Notes under the pieces: model-generated
The model's database searches: none
Told to the model about the DNA's origin: nothing
What the model saw: the letters and a program-made list of their open reading frames with translations, nothing else
Position numbers and translations under genes: made by a program
Origin: Reclinomonas americana ATCC 50394
Lineage: Eukaryota
Reading direction: 5' to 3'
NCBI GenBank assembly: GCA_048213135.1
Contig: PS015348.1
Coordinates: forward strand, 25,786-63,895
DNA length: 38,110 nucleotides
Shown here: positions 10,465-21,472 of the stretch, piece by piece
How the letters are laid out: every line of letters begins with the position of its first letter
Position numbering within the stretch: position 1 is the first letter of the stretch

Positions 10465-13400
10465 TCACGGTAATCTCCGCTTGCTGTGCTGCTCCAGCAG
10501 CGCCGTGCACCTCGCTCTTCTGTCCTCCGCCGACCACAGCTCCGGATACTGCCATCACCCGTAAAGTCAGCAGAGACTTCAACAGACTCGCCAACAACAA
10601 ACAAACACACAACACTCACCATCATCGCCAACTTGGTAACCTTCTCGGCATGTGTGGGAATGAAATTCCAGTGGATAATATACGTGAGCTGCAAGTTCTC
10701 CGTGAGCTGCAGGAGGTCGTTCTGATGCCTGAAAGCAAAGTGGCCTGCGAGGAGCACAGCGACAGTGCGGTTAGTCGAGGGTCACGGAATTCTAACAATC
10801 GATAGCTCGACCCACTCTCTCACTCCCATCCATGCCTCAAAAAGAAAGATGCCCGCATTCCGAACCCCTATGATAGAACCGACAAGCAACCCTCAGCACA
10901 ACCTTGCCTAACTCAGTCACTCCAAGCTTCAAAAGAAAGAGGCATGGATAAGCATCCTTCGCTCCCTCAACGTATAGAAGAGACGCTCACTGTCTCTCGT
11001 CGAGAAGAAAAATATGACTCGCATCCCTTAACATCCTCGCGTCTCACTCATTGACGTACAAGTCGCTCAACATCACAAACAACAGAGAGGAAAAGCACCC
11101 TCGCAGCAGGGAAGGGCACCACCANNNNNNNNNNNNNNNNNNNNCAATTGTTCATCGACAAAAATGGTGGGCCACGCACGCATCACCAAACAAAAGAACA
11201 AGATTCTCTTGCTCCTTGCTGCATGCAGGAGTCAAGGTGAGATTGCCATGAATGACGATCACCCTGCTCAGATGGCGGCAATCAAACTCTGTATGGACAG
11301 AATGCTTCCCGTCTCCTTGTTTGAGAAAGAAGGAAAGCAGAGAGTTCACACTCAACGAAATCTCACTTCAAACTACTTCCCACATGTCCCTCCCTCCCCT
11401 TTCCCCTTTCCCTTCACTTATGCTACGTGCAGGAGTCAAGGTTCACACTCAACGATATCGCACTTCCTCAGCACAAACTACNNNNNNNNNNNNNNNNNNN
11501 NNNNNNNNNNNNNNNNNNNNNNNNNNNNNNNNNNNNNNNNNNNNNNNNNNNNNNNNNNNNNNNNNNNNNNNNNNNNNNNNNNNNNNNNNNNNNNNNNNNN
11601 NNNNNNNNNNNNNNNNNNNNNNNNNNNNNNNNNNNNNNNNNNNNNNNNNNNNNNNNNNNNNNNNNNNNNNNNNNNNNNNNNNNNNNNNNNNNNNNNNNNN
11701 NNNNNNNNNNNNNNNNNNNNNNNNNNNNNNNNNNNNNNNNNNNNNNNNNNNNNNNNNNNNNNNNNNNNNNNNNNNNNNNNNNNNNNNNNNNNNNNNNNNN
11801 NNNNNNNNNNNNNNNNNNNNNNNNNNNNNNNNNNNNNNNNNNNNNNNNNNNNNNNNNNNNNNNNNNNNNNNACATGTCCCTCCCTCCCCTTCCCCCTTTC
11901 CCTTCACTTATGCTGCATGCAGGAGTCAAGGTTCACACTCAAGGATATCGCACTTCAAACCAAACTACTTCCCCCTGTCCATCCCTCCCCTTCCCCTCGC
12001 CCCTTCCCCTCGCCCCTTCCCCTCCCCTTTCCCCCCTCCCCCTCCCCCCTTCTCCCCCATCTACCCCTTCCCCTGTTACCCCCCCTCCCTTCCTCACCAC
12101 TCGGAAACTGCAACGGATGCAACGTACACACCCGCACCGACTTCTTGCCACCCGCCCCCACCGCCGCCACCGGCGCCTCCATGTACCTCGCCCGCATGTG
12201 CGCCTCATTCCACCCCCCATCCAGCTCCGCAAACCGCGCCGACCCACTAAACACCCCCTTTTCCCGCAGCACCGCCTGCAGCGTCACCTGATCGTTGTCG
12301 CCGGAGACCGAGTTGATCTGCAGCCACCGATCGTAGAGCGCCACCGTGCGCGGACTGGCCGTCACAAAGTAGATGCCGGCGTTGTACATGCCCGGCGCCT
12401 GCCGCACGTACTTGTCGAGGTCGGTGCGCTTGCCGGTGTTGTACTCGTCATCAATGGCAAACGTCACGTCGCACTGAGCGAGGTCGGGGAAGGCGAGCAG
12501 CGGGCGCAGCAGCGACGTGTCGGCGTCCGCGTGGAAAATGGCGAATCCGCGATACAGAATGTGCCGCATGAGAATGTCGCGCTTCTTCAGCATCTCGCGA
12601 TACAGCACCGAGTTGAAGCGCTGCGGCTGATTATCCAGCGCGAAGAACGACGGCGAGAAGAACACCGCCGCCTGCCCCCGCGACGCAAAGCTCTCCGTCA
12701 AGTGCGCCGTCAGCGCCTGCGTCCATGACAGGATCAGAATGCCGCCAAAGCCCGGCGCCGCTGGCACCGCCGGCAGCAACCCGAAATCGAGCGCATTGCA
12801 GAGCCAGTTGTCGAGAAAGTCGTTGAAGCCGCCCGACGCCTCCGTCACCACCAGTACCGAGTTACGCGGGAACTGCAGCAGCACGCGATCCAGCGCCTCC
12901 GCCACCTCCCGCTTCATGTACTGCGAGTCCTCGGCCGGTGGATCAAACGGAGTCGGGTCAATGTCGCCCGTGGGCACCGGCAACGCGATGGGCTCCTCAG
13001 AGGGTGGAGGCGGAGGATCGACAACAGGCGGCGATTCCTCCACAGTTGACGCCTCCTCCTTGTCATGTGGCGGTTGCTCCACCACTGGTTCCTCCTTTGC
13101 AGGTGGTGGAGGTGGAGGTGGAGGTGTCTCCTCCTGAGGCACCTCCTCCTCCGTCACAGTAGTCGCGTTCTTGTCCGACTCTTCCGCGACCTCCAACAGC
13201 GATTGTGGGACTTCGGCATCGGCCGCTGCATCGACGCGATCGAGTGCGGCGACCCACTCTTCCCGCGCACGATCCCTCTGCTTGGTGAGTTGTGCGGCGA
13301 GATTCGCTGCCACATGTGCCACGTGCGACTCGGTGCTCTGCATCTGTCGCGTGATCAGAATGTGCACCGCCAGCATGAGGGTGGCGGTGAGCGCCAGTAG

Positions 13401-13466
13401 TAGAGGCATGGAGCAGCGGCGGAAGGGCCGTAGTGCCTCTGATGAGGTGGGAGTGGTGAGACTCAT
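10465..13466 (-). CDS. Nucleotide-diphospho-sugar transferase (GT77-like), type II membrane protein; exons 13466-12098, 10744-10620, 10548-10465 (about 525 aa)
   Basis: N-terminal TM helix, Pro/Glu stem, NWLC, FHADADT (DxD), YNAGIYF and NDQ motifs. In-phase GT-AG splicing gives FPSG-HFAF..IIHWNFIPTHAEK..YPELW. Confidence 0.85.
11217..11975. repeat. Intronic repeat of about 95 bp (gcaggagtcaaggttcacactcaa..cacttc..aactac), at least 3 copies across a gap
   Basis: Copies start near 11217 (interrupted), 11421 and 11911. Confidence 0.8.
11239..11343 (+). other. 105-bp foreign-looking insertion encoding EIAMNDDHPAQMAAIKLCMDRMLPVSLFEKEGKQR (phage-like)
   Basis: The segment is absent from the sister repeat copies, stop-free in one frame, and flanked by GT on both sides. 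Phage similarity is from recall only. Confidence 0.6.
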
Positions 13467-13654
13467 TTCGCGCGTGGAAGAAACGAGAAAAAACGACGCA
13501 CAGGACGCGGTGACGTCGAGGCGTTTGTTCGCGCGATTTGAGAGGGGGAGGCGTGTGGTGGGTGGTGTGTGGTGGGGAGTGTGTGGTGCACCATGGGAGA
13601 TGTTGTGAGTGGTTGCGGAAGGAGAAGGGTGAGAAAGAGTGACGGGACAGACCA

Positions 13655-14130
13655 ATGTGTCCGAGTGCAACAACCTTTTCGCCTCTTGCTGCATTCACGT
13701 GGCGATGAAAACGTGTGGCACGTATCGGAACGCATGCACCCCACTTGCATCCTTGGCGGCAGCGACAGGAGATACTTGCATCGCGAGGCATCCGTGAAAC
13801 CGTCAAGGAACAGAGTGTCCGAGTACAGGGTCTGTTCTTGCTCTTGCTGTCTTCCTGTGGCGACGTTAACGTGTGGCACGTGCTAATGGACATACAGCAC
13901 ACGCGCTCTGTAAGTGGCAGCGACAGGAGATACTTGCATCGCGGGGCATCCGTGAATTCGAAACCGTCACAGAACAGAGTGCCGAGTACAAATTGTGTTC
14001 GCACTCTTCCTGTCTTCCTTTGGTGACGGAAACGTGTGGTGCGTACTAAAGAATATGTCTGGAACTTGCACGCTTGACGGGGGCGAGAGAAAATACTTGC
14101 ACCCCGAGTAAGTCGCGAAACCGTCACGAA
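13655..14130. repeat. Tandem repeat of about 160 bp, 3 diverged copies
   Basis: gtg(t)ccgagt at 13657, 13815 and 13979; shared aacgtgtgg and atacttgca..gaaaccgtca. Confidence 0.85.
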
Positions 14131-14149
14131 TTGCACTTCGTGGCTATGG

Positions 14150-15280
14150 AGTTGTCCGCGCTCTTCCTGCGTTCATACGGCACCAAAAATATGTGGCACA
14201 TGTTTCGCGATACCCTTTGCACTTGGGCATTCGCTGCTGCCAATCGAGCACACTCCCTTCCCGAGTGATTCACAAAACACTTGCGGGACAGACCGATATT
14301 TGACATGTACACTTCGGGGAGTTGTTCTCACTCTCCCCTTCTCTCCATCGCAAAAAAAGCAGGTGTCTTGCGTTGCAGTATGCCTTCGCAATCGGGCCCT
14401 CTGCCAGAAGGGACTACCCCCTCTCGCCGCAGGAGAGATGCAAGAAACAGCGCTAGCGGGAACTGCATTGTGTCCGAAGCGTCACCCGCACACTTCCAGC
14501 CCCTCTATCGCTCCAAAAACTTGTGGCACTCGTTACCTAGCCGTTAATGCACATGCTCCTCCGCTGCTGGCGACACTGCGCTCTCCCTTCCCAAGTAAAT
14601 CGCGAAACAGTCTCTGAATTCCAACAGAGGTTGACATTTCGGAGAGTTGTTCTCATTCTCCCCGTCTCTCGAACGCTCAAAGAGCAGATGCCTTGCGTTG
14701 TTATGTACCATCGCAATCAGCTCCTTTACCAGAAGGGACTGCCCCCTCTTCCCGAAGGAGAGATGCAAGAAACCGTCAGCGGACCTGCATTGTGTCCGAA
14801 TTCGAGTTCGCAGCGTCACCCACTGCTCCCAGCCTCTCTAACGCTCCAAGATCTTGTGACGCATGTCGCCAGATGCTAGATAAATGCTTGCCTCCGCTGC
14901 AGCCGATCAAGCACTCTCCCGCCCCGAGTGAATCACAAAACTGCAAGGACAGATCTAGAACACTTCGGTGCACGTGAGTTGTTCTTCCTCTCCCCGTCTC
15001 TCGATCGCTGAAGGAGCAAGTGCTTTGCCTTGCAGCGCACCCCTCCCACTAGCACCTCCACCAGCAGAGACCGCCCCCTATCCCCGCAAGAGGGAAGCAA
15101 GAAACCGACAGCGGACCTGCGTTGTGTCCGAAACGTCACCCGCACTCCTCCAGCCCCGCTATCGCTCCAAAAACTTGTGACTCTCGTTTCCTAGCCGTTA
15201 ATGCACATGCCCCTCCGCTGCTGGCGGTACTGCGTTCTTCCCTTCACAGCAAGTCGCACATCAGTCACCCGAAGTCGCAC
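14150..15280. repeat. Tandem repeat of about 325-332 bp, about 3.5 diverged copies
   Basis: gagttgttct at 14319, 14644 and 14976; shared gcaagaaac, ttgtgtccgaa, ccagcc..gctccaa..ttgtg and ctccgctgc. Confidence 0.85.
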
Positions 15281-15414
15281 AATCAATGTATTCCACTTTT
15301 TTCACGCCTTGCCATACAGTCACTTAGCACCACTTCCTCTCTCAAGTCCCTCTCTCCCAACACACGCCCTTCCCCTCTTACCGACGTCGCCTTCCCCCGC
15401 TTGTCCCACCGCCC

Positions 15415-15431
15415 GATGACGTCATCACGTG
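15415..15431. promoter_or_regulatory. Palindrome GATGACGTCATC (CRE-like) overlapping E-box CACGTG, about 150 bp upstream of SPAG6
   Basis: Motif match and position only. Confidence 0.3.
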
Positions 15432-15581
15432 GGCGTTGAATCAACAATCGCGCACTCGCTTTGATCCGCAAAGACAACCCGCTGCTGCTGCTGCGCATTC
15501 TACCACAGTCTCTCTCATTGCAGTAACCTAAGAAGAGAACACACACACACACACGCACGCGTGGAAAGAACAACAACAACA

Positions 15582-17592
15582 ATGGCCAATCGTGCAGTGC
15601 TTCAGGTCTTTGAGGCCTATCAGAAGGCACGCGTCAACTTTGTGCAAACAGTCGCCGAGTTGGCCAATCGGTGAGCGCACACACTGACACACACACTCTT
15701 TCTCTCTCCCTTTCTCTATCTCTGTGCGTGCGACCAGTGACAGTTCATTTCTATCGTCCGTTTACATGACTCAGGGCGTTTACTCACCCCTCCCCTTCGC
15801 ACACACACACACAGACCGGAGAACATTGAGGCTCTCCAGCATGCAGGCGCCATGGCCTTGCTCCGCCCACTCCTCCTCGTTGCGTCTCACCTCAACACAC
15901 ACAAAACACACAAGACGCACACGTGAGAGGGAAATGGCCATGACTGACTCTCTCTCTCTCTCTCTCACACACACTCTCTCTCTCGCACACACACACACAC
16001 ACACTCTCTCTCTCACACACTCACTCACTCACTCTCTCCATCTCTCTCTCACAGGACAACGTGCCCTCGATTCAACAAAGTGCGGCCATGGCACTCGGTC
16101 GACTGGCCTCCTTCTCTGAGGAGCTCGCCGAGGCTGTCGTCAGTGGAGAAATCCTTCCGCAATTGGTCTACTCGTTGTCCGAGCAGAACGTTTCGTCAGT
16201 TTCCTCCCGCGCGCTCTGATGGTGTCCGCTTACATAGTGCGTGTTTTACACANNNNNNNNNNNNNNNNNNNNNNNNNNNNNNNNNNNNNNNNNNNNNNNN
16301 NNNNNNNNNNNNNNNNNNNNNNNNNNNNNNNNNNNNNNNNNNNNNNNNNNNNNNNNNNNNNNNNNNNNNNNNNNTCTCCCTCTTTCTCTCCCTCTCTTTC
16401 TCTCCCTCTTTCTCTCCCTCTCTTTCTCTCCCTCTTTCTCTCCCTCTTTCTCTCCCTCTTTCTCTCCCTCTCTTTCTCTCCCTCTGCCTCCCCCCTCTGC
16501 CTCCCCCCTCTGCCTCCCCCTCTCGCCTCCCCCCTCTGCCTTCTCCCTCTGCCTCTCCCTTCCCCCTCCCCCTTTCCCTCTCTTCCCCTTTCCCCTTCTG
16601 CCGTTCCCCGTCTCCCCCCTATCCCTTTCCCCCTTCCCTTTCGCTCACCTCCCTTTCCCCCTCATCAGGTGTGCTCGTGCCTCGCCCAAATCGCCAAGCA
16701 CTCGTTCGAGCTGGCCGAGTTGGTGGTGGAGGGCGAGATCTTCCCGAAGATCTTCAACCTGCTGAAGGACCTGGACGAGGTGGTGCGCAAGAACGCCGCC
16801 ACCTGCATCCGTGAGATCAGCAAGCACACGCCCGAACTGGCGCAACTGGTGGTGTCGTCCGGTGCTCTCGGAGTCATTGTCGACTACGTGGGCGAGACCA
16901 AGGGCAACAACCGCCTGCCGGGCATCATGACTCTCGGCTACATTGCTGCCTTCTCCGACGCCCTCGCACAACATGTGATTGCCAATGGCGGCGTAGTGCC
17001 GCTGGCGCAGGCGCTGGACTCGGAGAAGGAGGATCACCTGCGTGCGGCCGCTGCCTGGTCACTGGGTCAGATTGGTCGCCACTCGTCAGAGCACTCCAAG
17101 GCCGTGACCGACGCCGAAGTGTTGCCACTGCTGCTCGACGCGTTCCTCGACCCGCAATCGTCGGACGACCTGAAGACCAAGGCCAAGCGCGCACTCAAGT
17201 CGGTTGTGCAAAAATGCTTGCATCTGCCCGCCCTGCAACCACTGCTCTCGCGCGCGCCGGTCAACATTCTCACACACGTCACGGGTCAGTACGCCAAGGT
17301 GCTGCCGGGCGATCGGACAGCAAGACGAGCATTTGTGTCGGACGGTGGTCTGGAGATGCTGCAGCGCATTTCCGAGCACGCACCCGAGGGCTCTGAGTTG
17401 CAGTTTCGTCTCTTCTTCACTGCTCTCCCTCACTCTCTTTGCTCGTGTGCTCATCATTGTCGCTCGTGTTACAGAAAGAACATTGACACGATCAACGCAT
17501 GCTACCCCGACGAGATTGTCAAGTACTACTCACCCGGCTTCTCCAAGAACTTTGACAAGCTCATTGACAACTACGCACCGCCACTCGAGTAA
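15582..17592 (+). CDS. SPAG6: Axonemal central-pair armadillo protein SPAG6/PF16; exons 15582-15670, 15815-15878, 16055-16189, [gap], 16669-17402, 17475-17592
   Basis: MANRAVLQVFEAYQKARVNFVQTVAELANRPENIEALQHAGAMALLRPLLLDNVPSIQQ..LVYSLSEQN, REISKHTPELAQLVV, AAAAWSLGQIGRHS, CYPDEIVKYYSPG. All visible introns are GT-AG and in phase. Confidence 0.95.
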
Positions 17593-17741
17593 TAATTACC
17601 ACGACGACAACAACAGTAGCTTGTTGCTCTTTGTTGTTGTGAATGCTTGTTCTTTTTTCCCGAGTAGTGAAGGCAACGAAAAGTGTACATTGTTTCTGTC
17701 TGTGTCCTCTCTCTTGCTTGTTTGTTGAAGAAGATGTGGCG

Positions 17742-18103
17742 ATGCGCGACCGTCGAGTGCCACTCTCTCGCGTGTTGCAAGTGGCGACTGTGATGCTCCT
17801 GGCAATGCTCATGGTGTATGTGCTTGTTGTCACACAGAAGAGAGTTTCGTGTGTTGATCTCCCCAGTGTCTTTCTGTGCATGCTGACACTGTTTGCTCTC
17901 TCTCCCTCTCTCTTCTTCTTCCTATCAGCGTGGTAACGAGAGTGTGTCTGTGAGTGATGCAACTCTGCAGCGCATTGATGATGGCGAGAATGATTGTGAT
18001 GATGATCAAGTGGGATTTCCGTGGTCGCTCTTTGGGATGGACGAGTCGGCGACGCCTGTGCTGTTGAAGGCGCCGTTGGTTGCGGTGAGCTTGGTGGGGG
18101 TTT

Positions 18104-18138
<35 letters not shown>

Positions 18139-20621
18139 CTCAACTTGTCATTCAGTTTCTGTCTTCCTCTTTATCACTCTCCCTCACTCTGTCTCTGCTT
18201 CTCTGCATTGCCATCGCTGTCGCAGCTTCTCTTGACTCCTGAGTGTTCCTCGCTCATGTGTCTCCTTCCTTTTCCCTTCCTTTGCATGCACCCCTCTCTC
18301 ATTCTCTCACTGCATGTCACTCTGCTTCTCTGTATTACTCTCTTTCTCTCTCTTTGTGCCTCTGCTCGGTACTTGCATCTCTTCCTCCTTGCACGCTCAT
18401 AGTTCTCCTCCATTTCCCCTTCCTCTTCCCTCCTCCGTCCCCTCAGCCCATCAACACCAGCGACTGGCTGCTGGTGAGCGAGGACAGTGTTCGCCTGCAA
18501 TCACCACGATCGGGCGCCTCGCAAGTGCTGGTGGAGAACGATGCAGTGTTGTTGAACGACGGTGGCATGTGTGGCGTGACACTGCAGCGGTTACCGCTTT
18601 TTGACTTGGTGCGTGTGTGTGAGGCGACGATTATGCACTCGTCTCCCAGATCACTGACACTTGGAAGTGCAGCCTGCCGACTTTTGTGTCGCGGCACCGA
18701 TTCGGGCGCCTCGCAATCGACCGCGCGAGTTGGGCTCACCTGTCGTCACCAAGGACGACGGTCGAGTCATGTGTCACGACAAGAGTGGTCCTCTGCTCTC
18801 CTTTGTTGCCACGGTGCACAATGCGGTGCGTGAGGTGACTGTCAACGGGAGAGAAAGAGCCTCTCCTCATACCATGTTCCTCCCGCTCGCAGCTGGTGAC
18901 ACCAGATGGCAGGGTGTTCACTCGACAGCACATGTGGGCGTCACATCGACTGGATGGGGTCGATCGTGATGCATCGTACTCGTGGAAGACCAGCGAATCA
19001 GTGCTGCTCGTCGACACGGTGGTATCATTGGTCCAGCATCACGGCGACGCCTTCTATCACCTGCTCGGAGAGGTGCTTCCGCGCTTCATGCAAGTGTGGA
19101 ACGTGGTGCGGGAGCAGGAACCGCACGCCCTGCTCCTCGTGCGTGACAATGCGTATGGATCGCACGTGGTGTATGACTATTTCGCACTGCTGGGCATTGG
19201 CAGGGAACGGGTGCGCTTGGGTGTGCATGGCCTGTTCCTTTCACGTCGGAAAGCTCATTCCTGTTGTCGCAGATCCTTCTGAATCCCCCCACAGTGTTGG
19301 CACGACGAGTGCTTGTTGCGCAGGGTGTGCGGGGAGGCGCCGCACAGCCGGCCTTGTTGCATGAAATGTCTCGTGTGTTCCACTCGCTGCATGGCGCGAC
19401 ATTGCGTGCACAGGTTCAGGAATTGAGAAGCAGTTGCGCATCTTGAGCTTTGCTTGTTCGCCAACTGGCTGGGTCTCATCTTAATCTTCGCCACAGAGCA
19501 TAATGAGGAGTGGCACCAATCTGCTCTCCACAATGGTCGCCCTTGGCGGTATGTGCTGGTCATCCAACGACAGGGCACTCGATCGCTTACCACGATGGAG
19601 AGGGTGTGTACTTCTTCTCGCACTTATGCCTTCGTTGTCTCTGACGATTCTTTGTGTGTGGCACAGGTCCTGTCGCTCATTGGCGAGGAGTTCCCGCACT
19701 GGCATGTCTCCTCGTTCGACACCACTCGATCGGCACTGCACAGCGTGGCGCAGTTTGCTCGCAGCGATATTGTGTTGGGGCCACACGGAGCGGCCTTTGC
19801 GCATCGTGCGTTTCTCGCTCGNNNNNNNNNNNNNNNNNNNNNNNNNNNNNNNNNNNNNNNNNNNNNNNNNNNNNNNNNNNNNNNNNNNNNNNNNNNNNNN
19901 NNNNNNNNNNNNNNNNNNNNNNNNNNNNNNNNNNNNNNNNNNNNNNNNNNNNNNNNNNNNNNNNNNNNNNNNNNNNNNNNNNNNNNNNNNNNNNNNNNNN
20001 NNNNNNNNNNNNNNNNNNNNNNNNNNNNNNNNNNNNNNNNNNNNNNNNNNNNNNNNNNNNNNNNNNNNNNNNNNNNNNNNNNNNNNNNNNNNNNNNNNNN
20101 NNNNNNNNNNNNNNNNNNNNNNNNNNNNNNNNNNNNNNNNNNNNNNNNNNNNNNNNNNNNNNNNNNNNNNNNNNNNNNNNNNNNNNNNNNNNNNNNNNNN
20201 NNNNNNNNNNNNNNNNNNNNNNNNNNNNNNNNNNNNNNNNNNNNNNNNNNNNNNNNNNNNNNNNNNNNNNNNNNNNNNNNNNNNNNNNNNNNNNNNNNNN
20301 NNNNNNNNNNNNNNNNNNNNCCAAGACAATGGTGATCGACCGTGCTTTCACGTGGAAGTGCTGCCAGGAACTGGGCACACGCCGCCGAAAACGTGGAATC
20401 CGGTTGCGTAGCCTTCTGGACGATTGTGTTCTGATTTAGCAGCTCATTGGCGTGTGCAGGTGCATGTGATGATGGCCGTGTATCAAGGGTGCAGCACGTA
20501 TGTGTGGTTTGACGAGAGAGCTGGCCTGCAGGATTCGCTGGTGCTCCCGGTGGCACAGGCACGCTGGCTTCTTCGTCACTTGGATGGCGTGTCGCGACGC
20601 GAGGAGAGGGCTGGTGATTGA
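17742..20621 (+). CDS. GT61-like (DUF563/EOGT-type) glycosyltransferase, multi-exon, with N-terminal TM anchor
   Basis: TM VATVMLLAMLMVYVLVV; AFYHLLGEVLPR, VLVIQRQGTRSL, FARSDIVLGPHGAA, HVEVLP; about 8 short GT-AG introns. The paralog shows that the 19822-20320 gap has zero true length. Confidence 0.8.
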
Positions 20622-21379
20622 GGAAGTGAAAACCGGGCGTGCATCTGGCGATGTACCTGTGACCCACAGCGAGCCCGGGTGGCTTGCAAAATTGGTGCAG
20701 CACTGGCTTGTCGAGGGTAGGTAACGGCAAGGGTTGACATCCCGACATCCATTTGCTCAACTTGGAGTCGTCGAGTGTACTGATGACGCTGCTGGCCAGG
20801 TAAGTCGGAATCATGGGCACAGGAGAAAGCCGGTACATTCTTCGTTCTGAGAAGAATATCGGCCTTGCTTGCATGTCGCCGGTGCCACGTAGGCATTAAG
20901 CGGGGCAACCGACAGCTCGAAAGGACCGCGCGCTGTCCGAANNNNNNNNNNNNNNNNNNNNNNNNNNNNNNNNNNNNNNNNNNNNNNNNNNNNNNNNNNN
21001 NNNNNNNNNNNNNNNNNNNNNNNNNNNGGCAAACAATCAAGTAGCTTCCAGTTGAAGATCTATTTACCGAATTTGCTGTGCTGTGTACGATCGCAGAAAA
21101 CGCCCTGCGTCTATGCAAGTGCGTCAAGTCCACTGGTCAACCACGCTTATGCGGTGAAGATCGCAGTTCTCGAGCTTGTTCGGAGCCCCAAGAACGAACA
21201 CACACACACAAGGAACCTGCTGCTGCCTCAAGATTGGTGTCTGTGTTGATGTTTTGGATACGGTTGAACTTGGTCATCAAGACAGCTGTTGCTTGTTTGT
21301 TGGTGAATGAAGTTGTTGTTGTTGTCTCTCGCGGCCAACGAGCAAACGACGTGACTGACATTGGATCGCAATAACTACT

Positions 21380-21441
21380 TTACATCAATGAACATTTGCT
21401 TCTCTGCGGTCTTCTCTCGGAGGCGGCAACGGCATCGTGTG

Positions 21442-21472
<31 letters not shown>

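Noticed and set aside
11237-11344. The insertion as a new spliceosomal intron (it starts GTGAG)
   Set aside because: No GT-AG pair restores the empty site exactly, and it lies antisense within a GT77 intron.
11217-11975. CRISPR array
   Set aside because: There is only one insert, the repeat is about 95 bp and low-complexity, the context is a eukaryotic intron, and no cas genes are present.
19822-21027. Missing sequence in gaps 19822-20320 and 20942-21027 (also 3000-3282)
   Set aside because: The paralog or the reading frame shows that the flanks abut directly, so gap sizes are unreliable.
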